Of a stretch of DNA of 64,000 nucleotides, positions 58,701 to 64,000 are shown piece after piece. The stretch comes from Asterias rubens. Lineage: Eukaryota. The stretch covers positions 30,938,001-31,002,000 of the forward strand of contig NC_047062.1 of NCBI RefSeq assembly GCF_902459465.1, written 5' to 3'. The notes beneath the pieces were generated by a model, which was given only the letters and a program-made list of their open reading frames with translations, had not been told where the DNA came from and did no database searches. A program made the translations under genes and the position numbers. Positions within the stretch are counted from its first letter, which is position 1. The number at the start of each line of letters is the position of its first letter.

Positions 58701-61700
58701 TACATCATCGTCACGCAGGTCCTCATTATCCACTGTGTCGGACGCTGTCTCTATAACAGGAAGTATAGCGCCCTCAACCATCGCTCCCATCCAAGAAGGG
58801 CTACCCACCTCGCCACCGAAAAGAGACAGTTGGGTACCAGACACTAAGGTGACACACTGTATGGTATGCAAGGATGAGAGATTCAGCATGGTGAGTAGCC
58901 TGATACCCTAACAAGGAGGTTCTTTAAGAAACATTTGAACAAAGGTTTGATTGCCTGCATGTGATATTTTCTTTCCTGAAAAGAACTGACTTGTTAAACC
59001 ACTGGTTCTTTTTGGAACCATCGCAACTCCAAAAGAGATTCACTAGATATTTTTCTTCAAAAACTGAATATTTTTCACACTATTTTTTTAAAGTTGTTGA
59101 AAAATGATACAAACAATTTTTAAACTTCCGAAGAAGTTTAAAATTTCACAGGCTTGTTATTTCAGGTACAGTACTTGGAGGGCCACATAAAGTGCAGTTA
59201 CTGGCTTTTGACAACTATCAATACTGAAACCAATTGTTATTACAGTTCAACAGACGTCACCATTGTCGTCGTTGTGGTCGTGTTGTCTGCTGGCGATGCT
59301 CTCAGCTGAAGGCAGTGGTGGAGGGTTACGGTGACACTCCAGTTAGAGTCTGCGATCAGTGCTATCAAGCATTCATCATGCCAAGGTAGGAATTCAAGTT
59401 GACTTCAGGCGATTGTAGCAGGAACAGAATTTCACAATGCATGTAGTTGTGGACCTATACTTTTTATTTTATTTTTTATTTGTGTGGTTTTTACCCATAC
59501 ACCGATGTGTGTTAGCACTGTATACTCATTACTTTCCCGAGTCCTGTGAACAAAATATCACAGGCATATTTACTCGGGTGGGATTCGAAGCCAAGACCCT
59601 TGCAATTCTAGAGCAGTGTCTTACCAACTAGACTACCGAGGTTGCCTGGTAGCTATAGGCAGTTCGAATCCTATGTTTTGACAGCGGGTACCGCAACGAT
59701 ATAATATATGTTTGTTCGTTTTGTTTTTTACATTTATCTGTTTACACTGTATATGTATAATTTATTATGTGGTTCTTATTAATGTACATTCAATAAATGT
59801 TATTCATATGTATTTACTTGTATATAACTGCTGTGGTTTCAACCACTTTTACATATCTGCTTATTCTCATTTTGTCAAATAATCTTTATATTTTGAAAAA
59901 AATGTATATTGTCTATTTCTAGCCTTAACTGTTAATGTTTTCATCTGGAGCTGGCCAACGGATGTAATTGCCCATTGAGGATGATTGAAGTTTTTTGGAA
60001 TTTAATTTAATTGGAAAGCATGGCCTAGTCCCAGTGTCTATGAGAAACTTGTTGTGTACAATACCATCCTTGGCCCAATCTGAGATCATCAAACAAAAAA
60101 ACTGTTGAACATTCCTATGGGTACATGTCTATCTCATTCTTTATCAGGTGATAGAAGCTTTGATGCATGTACACCAAAGCTATGGAATGATCTTCTCTAT
60201 CAATTTCGCACACTTGACTCGTAACAGATCTTCAAAAGCCGTGTTAAAGGGTGTATGTACTTTTTGTTGGACAAAAAACACAATGTCCACAGATTTACAC
60301 TAAACTTACACAGTTTGAAGATAATGATAGTAGAAAGCTTTCCTGAAAATATTACTTGCTGAGGTGCTGTAGTTTTTGAGAAATGAGTAAAACAATGTCA
60401 TGAAAAATAATTTTTGTCTCATGAGGCAAAAATTATTTTAAGCATTTACAGACGTATTTTCATGACATTGTTTGACTCATTTCTCTAAAACTACAGCACC
60501 TCAGTAAGTAATATTTGAAGGGAAGCTGTTGTGTTTACCCTACACTGTGTTCAACACTCTGTACTTTCCCAAGTCTTGTGGAAAAATTGACAGGCATAAT
60601 ACTCGGGTGGGATTGGAACTCATAACCTTTGCACTCTGTTGTGATGTTTTAAGACCCCTTTGTTAACTCAGCGCTACTGTTTGACTATTTTCCTCACCTT
60701 TGCAGACCACAGCACGGGAGTTCATCATCTCAGATTCTTGAACAACGCCTCAAAGTCAGGCAACCAGGTCAGAAAAGCTGCAGTAAATTTATAATTTTGT
60801 TTACAGACAAACAGCGAGATTGATTATCCAAGAAAACAAAATTTTAATGTTTTTTTTAGTCTAAGAGCCAAAGGATTAAGGAGTTCACATTAGTGCTGTG
60901 CCTACAGGGAAATGTGTTGTGCTGAAATTCTAGAGCAATAACAAACTGTAAATTATTACAATATTAATAATATATTAGTTTTATAAAGCCTTGGAGCCAT
61001 ATAGTTTCACAGCTCCATTTCATTTCCTTTGTGCTCCTGTTGTGTCCAAATCTACCTTGCCTCCAGAATGTTGCTGTTTTGTTTTAAACTTTAAACTCCC
61101 TTTTGTTTTGTTTTAATTTTGTGTCCACAAATCCCCCCCCCCCCTCCTGTCTATGGCAGTTTTCCCAATTCCTGTTTGTCTGTTTAACTCTAGTAATATT
61201 TTTAATATTATTGTATTATCATATAAACTTGTACTTATATTTTTGATGTAATTTTATTGTTAACCAAATGCCATTAGTCTGTGACTTTTTATTTGGTGTT
61301 GTATTTTTATATGAAAATAAACCAATTTTGAATTGAATTGAATTGAATATTAATAAAAAAATTGTCTTTATTGAAATGATTGCATTATCAGGGAGTCGTA
61401 GACAGTCGCCCAGCTGCAGCAGAGGAACATCGCCCAGTTTCCGAGTCTCCCCTAGCTCATGGCAACAGCGCACCCCCGTACCTGGATCCAGTTTAACCAG
61501 TGGACACTCTGGAGGATCGGAAACACTTTATATGGAAATCATGGAGTGGAAGTTAACATTGGATAACGCCATGAACACGTTCATCAGAGAAGACTTCTAT
61601 TATGAACAGGTAAGCGAAGAGTTGAACAGCTAAAAAGGGAGATATCGAGTATGATTTTCAGTACCCTTTGTCCCTTGTTGAACTAGGGAAACAATAGTTG

Positions 61701-63842
61701 ACTAGTGGGTCATGTCAGTCCACCAATAACTAGTAGTTTAGTTGAGCGAAATGGATAAGTTAAACTAAATGTTGAGTTGGTTGATCGCAAGTAACCATTA
61801 ACTATATCAGATTAAAGGTTGGACAGCTAACTAATAGTTTACTAGTTGTTGATGTCATTCTACCATTAACTAGTGGTTTAGATGAGCAAGTTGGGCAAGT
61901 AACTAATAGTTTACTAGTGGTTGATGTCATTCTACCATTAACTAGTTGTTTAGATGAGTAAGTTGGGCAGCTAACTAATAGTTTACTAGTTGTTGATGTC
62001 ATTCTACCATTAACTAGTGGTTTAGACAAGTAAGTTTGGCAGCTAACTAATAGTTTATTAGTTGTTGATGTCATTCTACCATTAACTAGTGGTTTAGACA
62101 AGTAAGTTTGGCAGCTAACTAATAGTTTATTAGTTGTTGATGTCATTCTACCATTAACTAGTGGTTTAGACGAGTAAGTTTGGCAGCTAACTAATAGTTT
62201 ACTAGTTGTTGATGTCATTCTACCATTAACTAGTGGTTTAGATGAGTAAGTTGGGCAGCTAACTAAAAGTTTACTAGTGGTTGATGTCATTCTACCATTA
62301 CCTAGTAGCTTTGGAGGCTAGTAAGTTGGATGGCTAACTGAGAAGTGGTTGATCACAGTTTACTAGTAACTAGACAAGAATAAGGTTGACTAGTGGTCGA
62401 TCTTGATATAACAATAGTTAACACGGTTTGACTAACTATTCCTTGACTAGTGGTTGATTCCAGTTCTTGAAACTTGTGTAAACCCAAAGTCGCTTAATAA
62501 TGTACACTACACAGTATAACACACAAAATAATAACAATAATAATGATAGTGGCTTCTTATATAGCGCTCAGGTCCATCACGCAGTAACGCAAATGGCGCT
62601 TCAACATTATTACCCCTGGTCACTGGGCCTTAAATCATTCCTTAAACCATCCCAGGCTTTGTGGAGTATACAGCCTGTGCCGCCAAATATGTAGCGCAAT
62701 CAAGGCTAATCTATCACAAGAACCAACTCTGCCCTCACAGGTACCCATTTACCCCTGGGTGGAGAGAAGCAATTATAGTGATGTGTCTTGCTCAGGGACA
62801 CAAGTGTCACAACCGGAATTCGAACCCACACTCCGCTGAACAGAATCACAAGAGCTTGAATTGGGTGCTCTTTTCTGCTCGGCCACGACACCCACGAAAT
62901 GGTGCAACCAATTTTATTGTGAAGATTACGTCAGTTCAATTTGCACTACATTTGATTTTTTGCCTTTTGTCCATCCAGGCACCAAGTACTTCGGTCTGTC
63001 TGTCCATTCTAGATCTCCACAGTGATCCTAGAACCTGCGGTGCCCTCATACTACAGATGTGTCGAGACTTGTCCGAGTATCTGAGGCCGATCCGACCTGG
63101 AGTGCCCAACCCTGAAGTGGACTATAACCTGATTATAAGGTAAGGCCATGTACGAAATGACCACAGCTTTGGCTCAGACTGGATCTGACATCATGCATTG
63201 AAGTTATTATAATTTGTAACAAAACCCCAAACTTTATTTTTTTTGATGGGATTTAATCCGCTTGTTAGCAAAAGGACGGCGTGTTAAAGAGTTAAAGTGG
63301 AAAAACTTTCCAATTCATATGACCCTAAACACTCTAGGGGCCGTAGCGGCCATAACGGCTTGTACCAAAATGACCATAGCGGCCACAAGCAGCTGCAAGA
63401 TCTGGTCTACTTCTTCTCAAGCAAAAAGATAAAAGTAAAGGTCAGGTCCTGAGTTGACATTGTCCAATGTTTCCCATTGTAGCAATAGCATCTATGTTTC
63501 TACGACAACATCAAATTTCTGTTGTAGATTTGTACAAGGAAAAACTGTAAAAAAAAACTATAAAAAAAACATGCCTGCAGATATGGTGATGATTATACTA
63601 AAATGAATGGTCTCTTAAGTCTGAAGCCGAGATAAATTGCCATGTGTGTTTTTGCCTTATAATAGTATGATGAAGACGCTCCTGTTCAACGCTAAACTGA
63701 AGTTCATGACGGATGGAGACAGCAGTAGCATTGAACTATGTGACAGTTACCAAAGCTTCATTGATCTACTTAGTCTCTTTGTCAGCAGTAATAGTGCTGA
63801 TATACCTAGTATTCAGCAACTGTCCAATACGGACTTGGCAAG
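31745..63842 (+). CDS. ZFYVE26: Spastizin (zinc finger FYVE domain-containing protein 26, SPG15); 31 coding exons seen, 3' end beyond the window
   Basis: Exons 31745-31977, 34704-34788, 35329-35418, 35898-36569, 37050-37220, 37910-38001, 38394-38563, 39759-41027, 44059-44228, 45171-46206, 47259-47379, 47817-48064, 48528-48757, 49445-49611, 49876-49961, 50457-50557, 50963-51055, 51733-51943, 52349-53388, 54205-54420, 55258-55323, 55771-55962, 56292-56387, 56600-56759, 57930-58091, 58631-58890, 59246-59385, 60706-60767, 61392-61609, 62979-63139, 63666-63842, all frame-compatible. HPFGQEEEVSRQQLFVAFCNHLHLGQWELVRAC matches the human N-terminus HPFGKEEAASQKQLFGFFCECLRRGEWELAQAC; also LLVLLGW, ILEQLLMN, WVPD..C..C..FSMFNRRHHCRRCG, REDFYYEQAPS, NPEVD. 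Confidence 0.95.
32145..32531 (+). mobile_element. TTAA MITE (Kolobok/T2-like)
   Basis: Full-length copy with TIRs and TTAA at both ends. Confidence 0.9.
33536..33920 (-). mobile_element. TTAA MITE (Kolobok/T2-like), inverted
   Basis: TTAA-AGGCAGTTGACAC ... GTGTCCACTGCCT-TTAA. Confidence 0.9.
34032..34395. mobile_element. Fold-back MITE starting TTAA-AGGG (second Kolobok-like family); truncated copy at 60244-60528
   Basis: Left arm (atgtccacagatttacactaaacttacacag...gaaagcttccctgaaaatattac.tgctgagg...) is the reverse complement of the right arm over most of its length. Confidence 0.8.
34949..35302 (-). mobile_element. TTAA MITE (Kolobok/T2-like), inverted
   Basis: TTAA-AGGCAGTGGACAC ... 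GTGTCCAGTGCCT-TTAA. Confidence 0.9.
38085..38370. mobile_element. Inverted (tail-to-tail) Penelope-like terminal repeat remnant
   Basis: Arms mirrored around about 38200 (actataaa...gtaaact...gtacaa...ttggctct.agcagagccgg..ggtctcga / tgggacc..accgactcttctcagagccaa...ttgtacc..caagtttac...tttatagt); further copies at about 53920-54100 and 54440-55090. Confidence 0.6.
38202..38243 (+). ncRNA. Putative minimal hammerhead ribozyme of the Penelope type
   Basis: CUGAAGA 38206-38212, extra U, stem II GAGCAG/CUGUUU with loop AGUAUA, GAAAC 38232-38236, GUU 38237-38239; helix I UCUC/GGGA. Activity not shown. Confidence 0.5.
41780..42220. repeat. Degenerate tandem repeat, unit about 100-140 bp
   Basis: Repeated ccacaaaacaccacaggagactg...gagtccactgtacacaagccactagtgg. 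Confidence 0.75.
43066..43521. repeat. 18-bp minisatellite (gctgaggcttcacc(t/a)ctg), about 25 copies
   Basis: Direct inspection; reads (AEASPL)n on + and (GEASAR)n or (EVKPQP)n on -. Confidence 0.95.
44256..44730. mobile_element. Two adjacent MITEs with GGGCC(C)AATTTCAT TIRs; family also at about 26100-26385 and 48844-49092
   Basis: gggccaatttcatagagctgcttaagc ... ataaaattgggccc and gcccagtttcatagagctgcttaagc ... gcagctttatgaaattgggtc. Confidence 0.7.
46244..46629 (+). mobile_element. TTAA MITE (Kolobok/T2-like)
   Basis: Full-length copy with TIRs and TTAA at both ends. Confidence 0.9.
48115..48300. mobile_element. TA-flanked palindromic MITE (Tc1/mariner-like ends)
   Basis: ta-cagacccatagcaca ... 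tgtgcaatgggtcta-ta; internal inverted gggggtcaaaa / ttttgaccccc. Confidence 0.65.
48528..52450 (+). CDS. ZFYVE26: DUF547-like domain encoded by internal ZFYVE26 exons
   Basis: Spliced: LSYVDLDLLGTANQKLCFFVNVMNLLLAHA ... YLNKMAYCIGQLGTVTAFELRYTILRA ... ETRLLFVISSGCQVSPILEVMKSEDVEGQLEVAMQRFLENYVIIDEEKLKVTIPKQLDWFRKDF ... IEPYDFSYGYKF; motif order follows the recalled DUF547 (PF04784) consensus. Confidence 0.8.
51283..51648 (-). mobile_element. TTAA MITE (Kolobok/T2-like), inverted
   Basis: TTAA-AGGCAGTGGACACTATTGGTAATT ... AATTACCAATAGTGTCCACTGCCT-TTAA. Confidence 0.9.
54440..55090. repeat. Tandem array (unit about 112-120 bp) derived from the Penelope-like terminal sequence
   Basis: gtaaccaacaactaaaggaaagaaagaagtaact...accatgtgtaaatctc...gtgtcggctct repeated; ends in the degenerate hammerhead-like motif ggtcttgacatttcgaacag...cttcaggag. 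Confidence 0.7.
55467..55828 (+). repeat. Tandem triplication of a ZFYVE26 intron end plus exon start (periods 134 and 124 bp)
   Basis: tcatgaatatgcatgagtttgaatatgtatgttttctctccttcag|AT(C/T)CTAG(T/A)GCATATCCCCGA... three times; AG ends at 55512, 55646, 55770. Confidence 0.95.
56400..56520. repeat. 21-bp minisatellite immediately after a ZFYVE26 donor
   Basis: aacactcatgaacactgaggt repeated with period 21 (GT at 56423, 56444, 56486). Confidence 0.8.
57188..57640 (+). mobile_element. 3' end of an L2/CR1-clade LINE (5'-truncated)
   Basis: KMFTLIYKILHAQAPSYL...LSIPRSERKAGDTAFSVAAPRSWN..P.SLREAASLAVFKRLLKTFLF is the typical L2 ORF2 C-terminus; followed by a 3' UTR and (TAT)n-like tail. Confidence 0.85.
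58820..59385 (+). CDS. ZFYVE26: FYVE zinc finger of spastizin (two exons)
   Basis: WVPDTKVTHCMVCKDERFSM|FNRRHHCRRCGRVVCWRCS...VRVCDQCY: WxxD, R(R/K)HHCR and RVC PI3P-binding motifs are intact. Confidence 0.95.
59480..59700 (-). mobile_element. SINE family B
   Basis: Reverse complement of the 27375-27785 element without the MITE insert. Confidence 0.7.
60145..60528 (+). mobile_element. L2 LINE 3' fragment interrupted at TTAA (60244) by the fold-back MITE
   Basis: GDRSFDACTPKLWNDL...QIFKSRV directly abuts ttaaagggtgtatgtac, which matches 34032. Confidence 0.6.
61820..62330. repeat. 72-bp tandem repeat, about 7 copies
   Basis: gcagctaactaatagtttactagttgttgatgtcattctaccattaactagtggtttaga repeated with period 72. 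Confidence 0.9.
62535..62891 (-). mobile_element. tRNA-derived SINE (family A-type head, different body)
   Basis: gtgtcttgctcagggacacaagtgtc...ggaattcgaacccacac...gctcggccacgacac, with an (AAT)n tail at the left end. Confidence 0.7.
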
Positions 63843-64000
63843 GTGAGCCTTGAATGGAGGTTACAGCATTTATGAGGACATTTTCCAAAGCTATTAGTTA
63901 AGTAATTTTATGCTAGCAGAGGTATTGTATTGATTCAAGAATTTATAAATTTTAGTATGAATTCCAGTACCTTTTCTCCCATGTTGAAAGGGGGAAACAA

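Noticed and set aside
61802-62290. 162-aa minus-strand repeat protein
   Set aside because: Translation of a 72-bp intronic tandem repeat; no flanking gene structure.

Overview
Intron-rich, AT-rich animal genomic DNA; the repeat landscape and gene structures suggest a marine invertebrate deuterostome, probably an echinoderm (inference). Three genes lie on the + strand, each reconstructed by hand through GT-AG junctions with consistent reading frame: (1) the last three exons of NUDT22 (36-1502); (2) a complete BAZ1A/ACF1 gene (ATG 4263, stop 25753, 24 coding exons; WAC, DDT, WHIM, PHD, bromodomain) with three PHD fingers, the middle one on a frame-neutral cassette exon that the ORF track misses; (3) ZFYVE26/spastizin (ATG 31745, 31 coding exons, continuing past the window end) carrying a roughly 300-aa DUF547-like domain between two segments that are close together in human spastizin. 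Introns are full of TTAA-flanked (Kolobok/T2-like) MITEs, tRNA-derived SINEs, L2 LINE tails, Penelope-like inverted termini (one with an apparently intact minimal hammerhead ribozyme core) and minisatellites. A tandem triplication of a ZFYVE26 splice acceptor creates two candidate in-frame 57-nt mini-exons. No CRISPR or prokaryotic features. No database searches were run; homology calls rest on recalled family sequences.
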